Source of the DNA: Lama guanicoe
Lineage: Eukaryota
Assembly: GCA_013239625.1 (NCBI GenBank)
Contig: MU053810.1
Span: forward strand, 2,801,518-2,865,517
Direction: 5' to 3'
Length of the DNA: 64,000 bases
Made by a program: the position numbers and the translations under genes. Of the stretch, positions 26,489 through 40,299 are shown one piece after another. The first letter of the stretch is position 1. Each line of letters opens with the position of its first letter. Under the pieces are notes generated by a model. It was given only the letters and a program-made list of their open reading frames with translations, did not search any database and was not told where the DNA came from.

Positions 26489-26520
<32 letters not shown>
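26489..26520. repeat. Poly(A) run, about 32 nt
   Basis: Direct reading. Confidence 0.95.
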
Positions 26521-26523
<3 letters not shown>

Positions 26524-27555
26524 TAATTTTCCACATGATCAGACTTTAACTCTGAAGCCAAAATAATGAAAAATTTCTTACAAAATTCAAATATGTGATT
26601 TTAAATATGGTAGTAAAAACATTTATGTAATTTAAAATTCTCAAAAAAAAAAACAAGAAAAAAGTCATATGTTTTGTAAGTTTGTTTCTAAATTAAAAAG
26701 TGGAAGTTTACTATGAAAAATAACTTATAGCATTTATGCAACAGATTGGTTTTTTTTTTTTTTGGTAGTTGTGTTTAATTCTTTTGCAGGATTTAAGACC
26801 CAAAGGTGTACTAACAGAATTGAATCTTTGCTTTTAGTAACCTCTTAAATATTTTAGATCTAAAGGATTTATTTTAAAATAAATTCAGTAAATTATTTAG
26901 TACATGTTTGGTGCTGTGGTAGGTGCTTTTATGATTCTCTGCTCTAAATTTCCAAAGTGCTAAGTCTAAAACTTTCCAGGTAAACACTTTGTCTTTTAAA
27001 TGGTAGGTATGATGAGTCATACATGTATAAATGTATATTTATATGTAAATATTAAATTTTATTTATAATTATATATTAAAATTATATGCATAAAATTTTA
27101 GGGGGTTAAACAATTGTCAAAATGGATGGTAGGTATCATCCTTGAAATAAAACATTTTAGGAAGAGTGCTCATTTAATTAATGCAAACCACCTGTCTAAA
27201 TACCTAAAGCAACCTGAACCTCAACATTAAAAAGATCCAGCTGAAATGTAACTTTTCTAATTCTGATCTGAGGACTATTTTTTGCCACAGCTAAAGGGGT
27301 CACTCTAAACACAGAAACTAGCATTGTTTTTCTGTGACTAAGATACAGTAGCTTAAGTCTCTAAACTGTGGACCAGGGGACTGGCTGACATCTGCTTCTT
27401 ACTTATTTCGTTAATGGTTCACTTCCAGGTCCTAAAAGGACTGTAGCCTTTCTCCAAAGATAATATGGATGCATCTATGTCTGCCTGCTACATAGTTGCC
27501 TTGTTCTGGTTTGTTGTTTGCACTCTCCATGCAATGCAAATCTGAGTGAACTCAC

Positions 27556-27675
27556 ATCTGTCACCGATCGACCCAATTCGTGGGCAATCTTTTCCCATCG
27601 ACCTGGGGTCCCTCCTGGGACCTTAACCATACTTCTTGTCAGCTGGCTGAGGTCCTCTTCCGTCCATTCAGGTGC
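27556..27675 (-). CDS. DNAJC1: DNAJC1 coding exon (probably exon 9), 120 nt, SANT domain 1: APEWTEEDLSQLTRSMVKVPGGTPGRWEKIAHELGRSVTD
   Basis: Read manually (not in the ORF track). Acceptor ttttgtag|GCACCT, donor GAT|gtgagt. 120 nt, phase 0-0, with the SANT tryptophan pattern. Confidence 0.96.
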
Positions 27676-30600
27676 CTACAAAACATTAAAAAAAAAAAAG
27701 AATTTAGAGAATGTTTGCTACAAGCATTTAATAAACCTGTGAACCAAAGTACTAGCATTATGCTGTCTGCAAAAATAACAACGTTAAAATGTATCTAATA
27801 GTTTAGGTGAAGGTTTGAGCTACATGCTTAACAGAGAGCAAAGCTTCAGTAGCCTATAAAAAGTTCTGATGTAAACCAAATAACAAAGAAGAAATATCGC
27901 GAACCCAGGCTCTTGAAGACATTACAAAAAGAAAGACAATTGTTTTGAGGTGCATTGTGTCACTAATGCTCACAAATGCCTGATTACAAAAACAAAAAAC
28001 TATAAGCATACGTGAAAATATGAACAAGTAAATGTACTGATTTAGAAACAGGACTGAGACAGGTATTTTTTGTTCAGTGTAACATTTAATTCTAAAAAAT
28101 CATGTATTTTCAAAAAGTTTAACTTATCAAGTGCTATTAGCATTTTATAAAACTTGGGAAAAGAAATAAACTTTCCCAACCAAGACTTAAACCATCAAGT
28201 CCACGCAAAGCAGCATTTCTTCTGAGAAGGTAAACAGCTTTTAATAGTTGATCAAATTATTAAAATGAATGAAATTCCTTAAAGATTACAAAATCTTTTT
28301 TGCAAAAGCAAAACTTTTAAGTGCAAGCATATTCTTTGCATTTTACTCAGCACTACCGCTTGGTGAAACCCAAAGCTGAAGCCAAAGAAACCATTATCAA
28401 ATAACAGATAACCAGGTTACAACTACTTTACAAACCGTTTAGCACTAAACTATTCCCTGCCAGAGGCAGTAGCCACACTGTAGCACACAAGGCTCTAGGA
28501 GTCAGCAAAGATGGAGGAAGCCACCTTATTTTCCTTTAATTGAAAATAAAGAGAAGAGAAGAAAGAAAGAAGGAAACCTTTGAGACAAATACCTTTTCTA
28601 ATCACTGTTTCCGATAATGAACAGGCATACATCAGGCCGTTTGCATTACAGAACCATCAGCACAGAGCAACAGTCAGAGGTGAGTGACCCCAGGGACTAT
28701 CTCCACAGCTACAGCAAAGCTTCTCCCTGACACTAATCCTCCCTGTCACTCTCCCACTGTGCTCTAACCACACTGACATCCGCCTGCCTCACTGCAAGCT
28801 TAACGCGGCCCTTCCTGACTTTTTACTGTCTCCCCCAATCAATGGTTCAAGCGTGCTCTTTTCACCATGTCCAAATGGCAGCTTCACTCATAATCAAAGT
28901 GCACTGCCCGTGTTAAAGGGCTTTCCGAAAGGCTCTCCCATTTGCATTCATTTGCAAAGCAAACTACTTTTATTCACTTTGTTCTGCTATCAAGAATGTT
29001 CCCTGAAGCAGATAAATTGGCATAAATACAACCTGCCACTTAAGAGTCAGTAAATAATAGCCAATAGTAGGGAGGATTTTATCAATCATTCTATTTTGTA
29101 TCCACTAAGAGCTGAAAGCCTCAAACATATTCATCAGTACAACCCTAACGAAACACATGCATAAATTCACTTCTATAAAAAGGTAGCCTACATTGAGTAT
29201 GGTCGGAATTTCTTTGACATCTAATGAATGTCAGAAATCTAATTCTCCATATCAGATAATTTAAAAATTTACACTGAAGGTTTTTTTCTTTTTAGTTATT
29301 TGTTTCTACTTTAAGAGAAAGTATTATTCAGGTATTATGTGGAGAGACAGAATTGGATTTTCAAGGAAATAATTTTTGCTAAAAGCTGCAACTTTAAAAA
29401 CTATACCAATTGGCTTCAGAAATGCAAAAGAGCTAAGAATAAGCTTATAGTACAAAGTCATCCCACGAAGAGCATGAAGTTTATGCTGCACCGAGATTAC
29501 AGTATTCAAGCCACATAGGATATCCATGCCATTCCACACTACATCAAGTCATCTTATTTCTGCATTAGTTACAACAAACATTTCCGGAGCAAACGGTATT
29601 GTCTAAAAATATCAATGTAAGCCACTGTTTCACATAGTAAACTAATTCTTTAAAATAATCTATTTTTAATAGATTGGCTTTCCAAACACGTTACATATAT
29701 GAACGGGCATTAAGAAGCAATCTAATTTTAATTCCTGTTAATGAGTCTAAAAGGACAGTGCCACTTTTTTTCCCTAGAAAGGAAAACATGAAAGTCACAT
29801 GTGGATGGCTAGGCCTAAAAAATCATCTACTGCTCTGATAATCTTTCCTTTTTGTATTGTTGTTTCACAGCCACGATTTTATTATTAATACTAAAAAACC
29901 AGGTTGATATTAACTAGGACCATAATCTGAAATCTGAGAGAACCCCTGTAGCGATGCATGTTCTCTCTCCCACAGCTGTAAGGCACTGGTGAATGTGAAT
30001 CCCTGGGCAGTAGTTAGCTGTGTCTTTAGAAGCAGCAGCACCTACTGAGATCCAGCTCCTCCCTCAGCTGTGAGGGTGGCCGTGGTGTGAATGTCGTCTC
30101 CTTGTTCTAATCTGGAGCCAGCTGTAGCTGTGAAAGTCAAGTGAATGCATAAGCATCCTGCTTGCCACTTAAAACCATGTGTGTCCAATATTACTGAGAC
30201 ACTGGGCCAAAAATTCATCTCTACAGTAAAGAGATGGAAGATACCACATGGTGTGGGGACAGCTGTTGTGACTACACAAGCATTCCAATTTTGCATCAGA
30301 AAAGTCCCGCTCTGGGAATAAATCTCCATACGGAATAAAAAATAAAAAGTTTTCAAATTATTCAATGCTTTAATGGAGTGACCACAAAATAGATCTACTA
30401 AAGTAAGAGCTGATATAGCATTTAAATTGTATTCCCAAATGGTATCCCTTTGGGATAGACTGTCATAAAATCAGCTATGTTCAAAGATGTGAAAATCCTT
30501 GGGGGACAGGCTGAAGGGAAAGCACACTGTATCTTTAAAGTAACCTATATATACCTTTCCCTTCACAGAGTTAGACCATAAAATTTTAACTACAAACTGT

Positions 30601-31244
30601 CCTGCAATCTGTTCAGTGCTGAAAACATGACCAAATTACAGGAAAGATTTTAAAAGTACTTACATAGTGCATTTTTATACTTTAATGACAAAAGGTCTAG
30701 TTCTAGTTAATAAATAGATATTAAAACTCCCCAATGAACAATATTTCTATTGAAATGACATATTAATGATCATTATTTTTGTAATTACAGAACTTACAAT
30801 TTTGGATTCAACAACTTCTTAGATTCAGTTCAACTCATAACTTCTCAGATTTTACCTAAAAAAATCCTTATTATAGCACACAGTTAAAATATCAGATACA
30901 TACCTAATAATGCGGCTGTGTATCTAGTCATGTAGTAACCTGCTACCCTCTAATTCCACCTTTGTGTCTGAGAATGTGCATTTGCCTTTCAGCTATACAA
31001 TTTTCATTTCCCACTTGAAAATTGAGCAGTTAATTGACCTTGACTGTATATGTGGATAAATGATACATATTAAAAAAAAAACAAAATTGAAAACAAATCA
31101 CTTCAAATGTCTTTTCGCTCTTAGGAAGAGAAACTCTCACCTAAGCTATTATAATGTTGTAATTCTTTAGCAGCAATCATTGCACCCCAAAAGATCTCTT
31201 TATCTATGATTTAGCTACCTTGCCAAAAGAGAGGTCCCCTCTGG

Positions 31245-31555
31245 ACCAGGGATCCTCACGTGTGGTCTGGCACCAAATGGCAAACAAGTCTGGTACCCAC
31301 CTGTGAGAAGTTCAGAAACATGCAGTAAGGGTTAGAAACTTACAGCAACTGAAAACTGCCACAAGGACCAAGAACGATCAGTCAGCTCTTCCTTTACATG
31401 AGCCAGCTGGGGCGTCGTCAGACTAGCACCATGGGTCACATGAAGTGCGAGCTGCATTTTTGTTTGGCACAACAGGACTACAACTCGGTCAGCAACAGAC
31501 GGAAATAATTTTTAAAACCTGGTCCTTCACTATAGATAGTTTGAGAAACACTGCT
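31245..31555. mobile_element. hAT-Charlie-type non-autonomous DNA transposon
   Basis: Ends cagggatcctca ... ggtccttcactatagatagtttgagaaacactg resemble Charlie-family termini. Confidence 0.55.
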
Positions 31556-31689
31556 CGAGACAATGCATATAGTTCAAATTCCTTCTTCTTTTGAGGAGTA
31601 ATAGTAAATAAATGGACCCTTTGAGAAATGGACACAAAGATGTTTGATCCATTCCCTGTCAAAATATTTTATGTCACTGAGTGTTGGGG

Positions 31690-31945
31690 TGCTTTGGCAC
31701 ATAATGAAAGATGACTGCAGGCACAGCAAACAGCAAAGCACAAAGGCCTTGAGGTGGGAGACCGTCTAGAATGTCTGAGGGATGGCAAGATGACCAGGCG
31801 GCTGGAGCAGAGCAGCGAAGGCGGCTGGAGCAGAGCAGCTAAGGCGGCGGAGGGTGAGGGGCTCAAATCATGTTCAGGGCCTGGAGGCCACTGTGAGGAC
31901 TTGGGCTCATTTACTCTGCATGACACACAAAGCTATTGGAGAGAT
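31690..31945 (-). mobile_element. L2 fragment containing a 23-bp tandem duplication
   Basis: gcacaaaggccttgaggtggga...gggcctggaggccactgtgaggacttgg; gcggctggagcagagcagcNaag occurs twice at about 31798-31843. Confidence 0.65.
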
Positions 31946-32340
31946 TTATTTTTTTCCTTTTGGTTGGTTGAGTGCTTATTTTGTTTGTCCAGGAGGGCTT
32001 ATTTACAAAGGTATGGGTGGAGGGGAACCACAAGAGCTAGTGCTGGGACAGCACAGACAGCGAAAACCTGCAAGAGTGGACGCTGCAGTCAGCCTCCTGC
32101 CAAGTCCCAGTGAAATCAGGTGGAGGGATGCAGCTGGCCCAAGATGAGCACATCCAGAACCACAGCTAATTAGGTTCACGATAATTTACTGCACAGGCCC
32201 AACAGGTGAGTGATAAGGAGTAACGTGGGGGTGTGACAGGGGTCTCAAATCTTTACCGACAGTACTAATCTCTGCTTTTTTTTATTCCTTTACTCTCCCC
32301 TTTTGTGGGGATTCAGAAAGCAGTAATGAGAAGTACATGT

Positions 32341-33532
32341 AAAATCTCAGCAATGTTCTCCCAGGGCAGTCAACCCAAGCAATAGAAATAAAAACAAAAA
32401 TAAACAAATGGGACGTAATCAAACTTACAAGCTTCTGCACAGCAAAGGAAACCCATAAGCAAAACAAAAAGACAACCTACAGAATGGGAGCAAATATTTG
32501 CAAAAGATGAGACTGACAATGGCTTTATCTCCAGAATATATCAACAGCTCATACAACTTAATAAGAAAAAAACAAACAACCCAATCCAAAAATGGGCAGA
32601 AGACCTAAGCAAGCAATTCTCCAATGAAGACATACAAATGGGCAACAGGCACATGAAAAAATGCTCAATATCACTAATTATCAGAGAAATGCAAATCAAA
32701 ACTACCATGAGGTATCACCTCACACCAGTCAGAATGGCCAACATCCAAAAGTCCACAAATGATAAATGCTGGAGAGGCTGTGGAGAAAAGGGAACCCTCC
32801 TACACTGCTGGTGGGAATGTAGTTTGGTGCAGCCACTGTGGAAACAGTATGGAGATTCCTCAAAAACTAAAAACAGACTTATCATATGATCCCGCAATCC
32901 CACTCCTGGGCATATAACCAGAGAGAACCTTAATTCAAAAAGATATGTGCACCCCAATGTTCCTAGCAGCACTGTTTACAATAGCTAAGACATGGGAACA
33001 ACCTAATGTCCATCAACAGATGACTGGATAAAGAAGATGCGGTATATGTATACAATGGAATACACTACTCAGCCATAAAAACGAATAAAATAATGCTATT
33101 TGCAGCAACATGGATGGACCTAGAGATCGTCATTCTAAGCGAAGTAAGCCAGAAGGAGAAAAACAAATATATGATATCACTCATATGTGGAATCTAGAAA
33201 AAGAAAAAAAGAGGACACTAATGAAAGCATCTATAAAATAGAAACAGACTCGCAGACATAGTAAACAATCTTACGGTTACTGGGGGAAAGGGGGTAGGAA
33301 GGGATAAATTTGGGAGTTTGAGATTTGCAAATGTTAGCCACTATATATAAAAATAGATTAAAAAAACAAGTTTCTTCTGTATAGCACAGGAAAGTATATT
33401 CAATATCTTATAATAATCTTTAATGGAAAAGAATATAAAGACAAATATATGTATATACATGCATGACTGGGACATTGTGCTGTACACCAGAAATTGACAC
33501 ACTGTAACTGACTACATCAATTAAAAACAAAA
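32341..33532 (+). mobile_element. 5'-truncated lineage-specific L1 (ORF2 C-terminus and 3' UTR)
   Basis: ORF 32638..32889 ([30 protein letters not shown]...[18 protein letters not shown]) is the L1 ORF2 C-terminus. The 3' UTR ends tgtaactgactacatcaattaaaaa. Confidence 0.95.
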
Positions 33533-34509
33533 TCAATTGACACTGTGTGTGTGTATTTCAGGACTCTTAATGTTATATTGATCTATTTATCTATTATGTG
33601 CCATAGAATTTTTCATTATACAGATAAGGAAATTGTACTGTTGTGCAAATTTTTTTAAGATGTAGTTCGTCACAACTTTTCTTTTGCATTCAAATTATTT
33701 TAAATTACAAATAAATATTCCACCTATTTAAAACTTTGTCCCTGTTTGTGGAATAGTACTGTATACTCTGCAAAAGGATCTAAATCAGGATTTGTGGCTC
33801 TGTCGTCTATTTTAGCTATACCTTTCTAATGCTCTACAAAAGCTATATCCTGTCTATTCTTCCCGAAACAATAACACTGTCATCAACTATACAAGGTTAG
33901 GAAACTGGCAAAAAGAGGTGTAATAATTTTCTTAAGGTCACCTAGAAAGTCAACAGAAGAAACCAAGTAAAATTCAAAGTTCTTAAAGGAAAAAAAAGTA
34001 TTCTGGATGAAATTATAAATGATTAAGACCCAACTTTTACTTTATTATTTACTAAGATTATATAAAAGATACATATGTATGTGTGTATGTATCTATATAA
34101 TAATAAATATTTACTATATTATTCAAAAAGAATGACTGAAAATGAACATTGGTAAATTTATGTTAGAAAATCTTTGTGCAGTCATTATTTGTTTTCTTTT
34201 TTTTTAATGCTGAAAAGCTTTATAAATAGTTGTATTACTGTTTACTGCCTGAAACTGTTATTTTGAGAAAAATGAAGAAAAGCAAAGTATAGAAAATCGA
34301 AGTCAGACATATCACTATTACACTACTTCGGATAAAGTTATATCACATTTAAGACTAACATGAGGTTAATTAAACAGATTTAAGAACATGACACTGGCTT
34401 TAAGACCTCATGAAAAAGCAGTACAAATTGGTTTTTTTTTTTTTTTCAGTTTTGGAGCACATGCACTATTAGTCCACCAGCTTGTCAGTCATGCTTTGAA
34501 CTTCAAGTT

Positions 34510-34760
34510 TAAAAAATGTATTGATCACTACACAATATAAAATTATATCCTCTTGTTGGATTGATCCATTTATCATTACAAAATATCCTTCTCTGTCTCT
34601 TATGATAGTCTTTGTTTTAAAGTCTACTTTGTCTGATGTAAATATAGCTTTCCGTTTGTGTTCATTTGTATGGAGTATCTTTTCTCATTCCTTCACTTTC
34701 AGTCCGTGTGTGTCCTTACATCTAAAGTGAGTCTCTCGTAGGCAACATACTGATGGATCA
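34510..34760 (-). mobile_element. L1 ORF2 endonuclease-region fragment
   Basis: tcttgttggattgatccatttatcatt...aagtctactttgtctgat...ctaaagtgagtctctcgtaggcaacata. Confidence 0.8.
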
Positions 34761-34771
34761 TTCAAGGAATT

Positions 34772-34983
34772 ATAGTTGACTCTTGAACATGGGTTTGAAC
34801 TGCACAGATCTATTTACATGCAGATTTCTTTCCCATAAATATGTACTAAATGAAATGCAGGTGGTTGAATCTGCAGATGTGGAACTGTGGATCGGGTGGG
34901 CCAACTGTAAAGTTACATGAGGATTTTCAATTGTGTGAAGGGCTGGTGCCCCTAATCCCCATGTTGCGCAACGGTCAACTGTA
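34772..34983. mobile_element. MER8-type Tigger MITE
   Basis: TA-flanked TIRs tagttgactcttgaac ... gcaacggtcaactg; homologous to 16298-16517. Confidence 0.8.
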
Positions 34984-37374
34984 ATGCCAGTCCTTTTCTG
35001 TTTTATCTTATTTTCCTGTTACTTCTTTTTAAAAATTTACTGTAAAAAAATTTACACAATTTTTAAAGGTTACTTCCCATTTACAGTTATTACAAAATAC
35101 TGGCTTACTATTTAACAGTTTCTCCATGGTTTGTTTAAATGTGATTGTTTTATTGTTTTCAGGATACCATGTACTTCTTAAATATAAGGATCTGTCTTTT
35201 TCATCAATTCTAGTAAATATCAGCCATTACTTTATTGTAATAGTGCCTCTCCTTTTCACTCCTTTAAAAACTGTCATTAGATAGATATATGCTATACTTT
35301 TTCATTCTATCTTCCCAGTCTCCTAACCATTCATGTATTTTCCTTCCTTATCTCTTGGTTCTGCACTCTGGGTGATTTGACCAGATCATTTTCTAATTCA
35401 CTAATTCTCATTTCAGCAGTTTAATCCCACCATTAAAAAAAAACTGAATGAATATATCATGTCCAGAAGTTCGTTCTTTTTTCTCTTATCCTGTCATGTT
35501 CTTTCATTATGGTTTTATTCCTTCTTTTATCTCTTTAACTGTTTATCTAAAAATAATTAGTTTTATGGTCTTTGAGATTAGGTTTCTTATCTCATGTTCT
35601 TAGAATGACAATTTTCTTCTTTGTTCTATCTGTTGACTACCCTCAAAGTTTATACTTACATTATGAACACGTCTTCACTGAGGTTTTTGATTTTTTTAAA
35701 AAAAATAATCCCTTAACAGGAGCTCCCAAAGCCCTACGTTTTCTGGTAGAGAACAGTTTTGCATTGGCTTCTGTCAGGGCCCTAATGGCTTTAATGGCTC
35801 TGGACCACTGAATTTTTCTCATTCTCCCTTTCACAGAGCAGTAGCCCTTCGAGACTAGGCTTTATGCAGAAGGCTCAATTCCAGCTGCCTGTGGACCCAA
35901 AGGGCACAATTTTTGCTTCAAGTAAGCATTAAAACCCCAGGCACCAAGACTTATATTCTGTGGTGTCATTTCCTGCTTATGACTATGGTTCTGAGCTGTT
36001 ACTGGCATTAAAACAAAACTGGATTTCCCTTTTATTCTTTTAATCAAGGCTATGATTATGGGTTTTTGCTCTTAATACTTAATCTTATATTGGAAGGGCA
36101 GAGCTCATTCATACCAGCTCAGTCTTTCATGTTGCTAGAAATCTCCCAAGAGAGCTTTGTTCAGGACTAATCTATATTTACTCTTCCGTCTATAACTTAA
36201 TATTCACTTTATCCATGTCTCTACAAGATGTATAGATACCATAGTTAATCTGTGATTTCCGGGTGCTATGAAGGAATCTAGAATTCACTGATTTGAAGTA
36301 GAACATCCAATTAAAGAAGCAAAGAAAAATAAAAATTTAAGGGAAAAGAATAAAATAGTAAAGATAAGCACAAATACTCACGTTCTCACAACCCAGATTC
36401 CATACATGCTCGTGTTTTGCCACATCTGTTTTACCTCTCTGAGACATACCACTATCTCACTTTCTATTTTAATCCACTGCAATCTTCTGGCTCGCTTTAC
36501 TCTGGGAATACTCCTTTGGTGGCTCCGATTTCTATTTCCCTTACATGTTTTTCCTCTACGTGCTTTCCTGGATTTTGGTATCAAATGTATGTCAAGGTCT
36601 CTAAGAGTTTACATCTCTAATTTTGATCTCTTAAATTCTACTTTGCGGCTGAATGTTTCCTTGCACTGGCATCATAAACTTGGCATGGCTCAAACTGACT
36701 ATCTTCCTTTCTCCCAAATTATCACCTCCTAACTGTGCCCACTATCTTTGTAAATGACATCTTTCTCTTCCAATCACCTACTAGTCATCCCCACCTTTGC
36801 TGTGTAGCCAATCAATTGACAAATCTAGACGATTCATACAGTCTCTCCTCTAGTTTCTACCCTCCCTGCAAGTTACCTAACTCAGGGCTTCATTATCTCT
36901 TACTTAGCCCATTGCAGTAACTTTCTAATTGCCCTTCTCCTTCCTTTGAACTTTTACATCATTATAGTTAAACAATTCCATGATACAGACTCAGTATCAC
37001 TCCACTACCTACAAAATATGATTTAAACACCTTAATCTCACACTCAAGACCTGTGACGTGGCTGCACCCCACTTCTGTAAATTTATTTCCCTTTACCATT
37101 TCAGGTATCCTTTGTTCCCGTTAAACTACATTACTCACTGTGCCTGGTAACATGCTCTGAACAGTCTTGTCTCAGGAGTGCTTTATATCATGCAAGTTCC
37201 CCTGTGGAATGTTTCTCCCCACCCTACTTCCAAATCCTATGTTTTTTTTTTTTTCCTAGGTGGATGTAATCTTGCATCTGAATTGGAAAAGTTCTCTAAC
37301 CCTCTCACAAAGCTGTTACAGTAAACCTCAAAATATGCTTATTTAGGTCTCTGTCTTATCTTTTCAACGAGATG

Positions 37375-37626
37375 ACGTAGTGGTAGTGACTAAGAGCATG
37401 GATTCTCAAGCTAGTAAAGTGGGTTTGAAACTTGGTTTTGTCATTTATTAGGTAAGTGATTTGGGTAAAGTTACTTTACCTCTCTGTACCTCAGTTTTCT
37501 CCTGTGTAAAATGAGGAAAATAGTAGGGCAGACCACATGGGGTTGCTGTGAGAATTAAACAAGTAATATATAAGGTACACAGAACAGCATCAGGCACCCA
37601 GGAGCCACTGAATAAATGTTAGCTTA
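37375..37626 (+). mobile_element. MIR SINE, near full length
   Basis: gtagtgactaagagcatggattct...tttacctctctgtacctcagttttctcctgtgtaaaatgagg...aataaatgttagc. Confidence 0.85.
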
Positions 37627-40299
37627 CATTACGCACAAAGCTTGGTGTGTCTTATTTATCACTATCACCCAGTCACACTGTTGCCCACAGAGCAGGTAGT
37701 CAGCAAGGTTTTTTTTTTTTAATTGAAAAAAATTATAACCAACAAAATACTAGATAATTCAAGGCACTATACACCAAAGTATAAGATTAAGTGGTACAGA
37801 AATAGTTCTGAAAGAATTCAGACAAGGAAAAGATCATAGTAAGATGAGTAAGAAAATACTTTAAGGAAAGAGCGACTCCCCAGTGAAGTGGTATTTTTAA
37901 AGGTCTAGTCGGAGACAAGCAAACAGGATGAAGTGACGGGGTAATAGTTAAGAAACTGCTAGCAGTCATGAGACAGTGCGATCCTGGATGAGGATGGTTA
38001 GCAATAAGGAACTTCAAACGTAGGGACAGAAACAGAGAAAACAAAGCCAGAATAAACTGAGCTTATAGAAACAGGAAGTAAAAAACAAAACACACAAAAG
38101 GTAGCTACAAAATCCTGAGTCTACGGTAACGGCAGATATGCAAGTAGAGATCTGAGAAAGTTACAGAGGATTAAGTTCAGTTTTAGATACACTGAATTGA
38201 AGATACACTGTATGCTATGATATGGTAAGGTCCTGCAGGTAGCTATAAAAGAAAGGTAAGCAGTTTTAAAGTATATATAAACCGGGAAGTCCTCAGAATA
38301 GTGCTGATGGCTGAAAATGTAGGCATAGAAAAACTGGGAGTAAACATGGAAGGTGAGCAGAGGACTAAGGAGTACAATTTGTGAGCAAATTCCATCACTG
38401 TCGTCCTGTAATTTAGGATGGTATCTAATAAGGTCAGTAGTCCAGTTACCAAAAACACTCAAATAATTTTCTGATGAGGGACATATGTAAACTTGGTAAT
38501 TGGGAATGCTGAGTAAAATCTGTCTCTGGTCAAAGTCCCATGAGAACAAGGACTGTTATGTTCTCAAATATATCCCAAGGGCTTAGTTGAATGTCTTGCA
38601 CGTAGTAGTTAATAGATTAGATATGAGTTCAATGAATGAGTGAATAAAAAGCAGTGAAAAATGTGCCTGTGGGTGAAAAGATTCACTAAAGAAGCTAGAA
38701 TGTTGTGCAAATGTTAAGCAAAATAGAATGACAGTACAAAGTTCTTGGAATTGAGAAAAAATATTTCATAACCTAGAAGTAATATGTACCATTGTAGGTA
38801 TAAGCTTTTTTTTTCTCTCTCACACATATATATTTATCTGTAAGATGATCTCAAAACATGTACTTTAGCCTATGTAAGCTCAGTGAAGTCCAAGCTCTCT
38901 GACCTTTTCTGGTGAAAAGCTTAATTTTTTGTTCAAATCAAAGGAGATATAAATGTGCTGTTTTCCAATCAAAATTCCAGTTTTAGTCAGTACATTTACT
39001 TACTGAGTTTTTTGCTAGTGACTTCAAAATTCAGAAGCTATTTTACAATCTTACTACCGCTAGACAGTTTCATCTGTGCAGGTCTGGATTGTGCAGGAGA
39101 TACTTTACAATTCTTAGGAGTACACAGAGAATAACAGCAATATAAAAAGTTTCAGACAGTGACATAACAAGAAAGTAACGACACTGTGATTTATAAATAC
39201 ATTACTCAGCTTTGCAGTTTTTGATCCTATCAATCATTTTGAGTCATTTCCTGTAAGTTGGTTTTCAAATCTGTTTGTTATACTTAATTTTCTAATACAT
39301 TTGGAAGAGCTTTTAAAGATGTTATCACTTAAAGGAAAAATGGCTGTTTGAAAGAATAGATTTTTCAACTTCTGTATGGAGAAGAGGTTACCTTGGTTTT
39401 GGTAATTATGTAAATATAAATTTAAAGGCTTTTCTAGATGATATATTCTATTTTTGATGCTTCTCTTTGTCCCTTCAAGCTGCAGTAATCACAAGATGAT
39501 AAACTACAAATCTGTTAACCTCATTTGCCAGTGAAGAACCTGACCCTCCATCAAGCAAATTGAGGGAAAAAGTCACTATTAAGTGGTCAATAAGCATTAC
39601 ACTGACATTCCTGCTAAAGTCTACATAAATTACATAAAAATAAAAATGTTATTTTTCAAGCTGGGCTGTACAATTTAGTGGCACTTATAAGCATATTAAT
39701 ATTAACTCCATTATTTTTGATTGTTAAATGCTCTAAAGCAATTGTTTTAATGCAGAAAACAATGATTAAAAAAATCTGGTCATTTGGTTGTAAGACAGGC
39801 ATGTAGATCAAATATACTACAGTCTGGATAGGTATATTGTTTATAATATACCCAAAGATAGAAGCACATTTAAAAAGTCTGTATTAAATTTTACTTATCT
39901 GAATAGAAAAACTTTTATAAATTATATCTATAAGCTATCATATTCTTACAGTTTGGGGGAAATGGCTTTGAATTGAGAAAAACAAACTTACTTAAAATGT
40001 CAAAGAAATAAAATATGTAATTTCATGCTCTAAATGCATCAATGATAAATATTAACCTGTCAAGAATTTTAAAAACTGAAAAAGAACTCTTTGATCTTCA
40101 GATTTCTTAACCAGATCTAAGTTAAGTTGCACTTAAGTATAGTTAGTATCCATAGCTGAACCAAATCCAGTAATGAGAAGTTTATAATAATTATATATGC
40201 ATATGTAAAAGCTTTGAAGAATTCACAGGATAATAAGAATTTTTCAATCTAAAATCTAAGTGAAGGCAAATACTTAGTCTCACAGGGCCTGCAACTTCA

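Noticed and set aside
32638..32889. Intact L1 ORF2 or active retrotransposon (also 53717-53920 and 63107-63292)
   Set aside because: Only C-terminal fragments remain, with stops and frameshifts. No full ORF1/ORF2 is present in the window.
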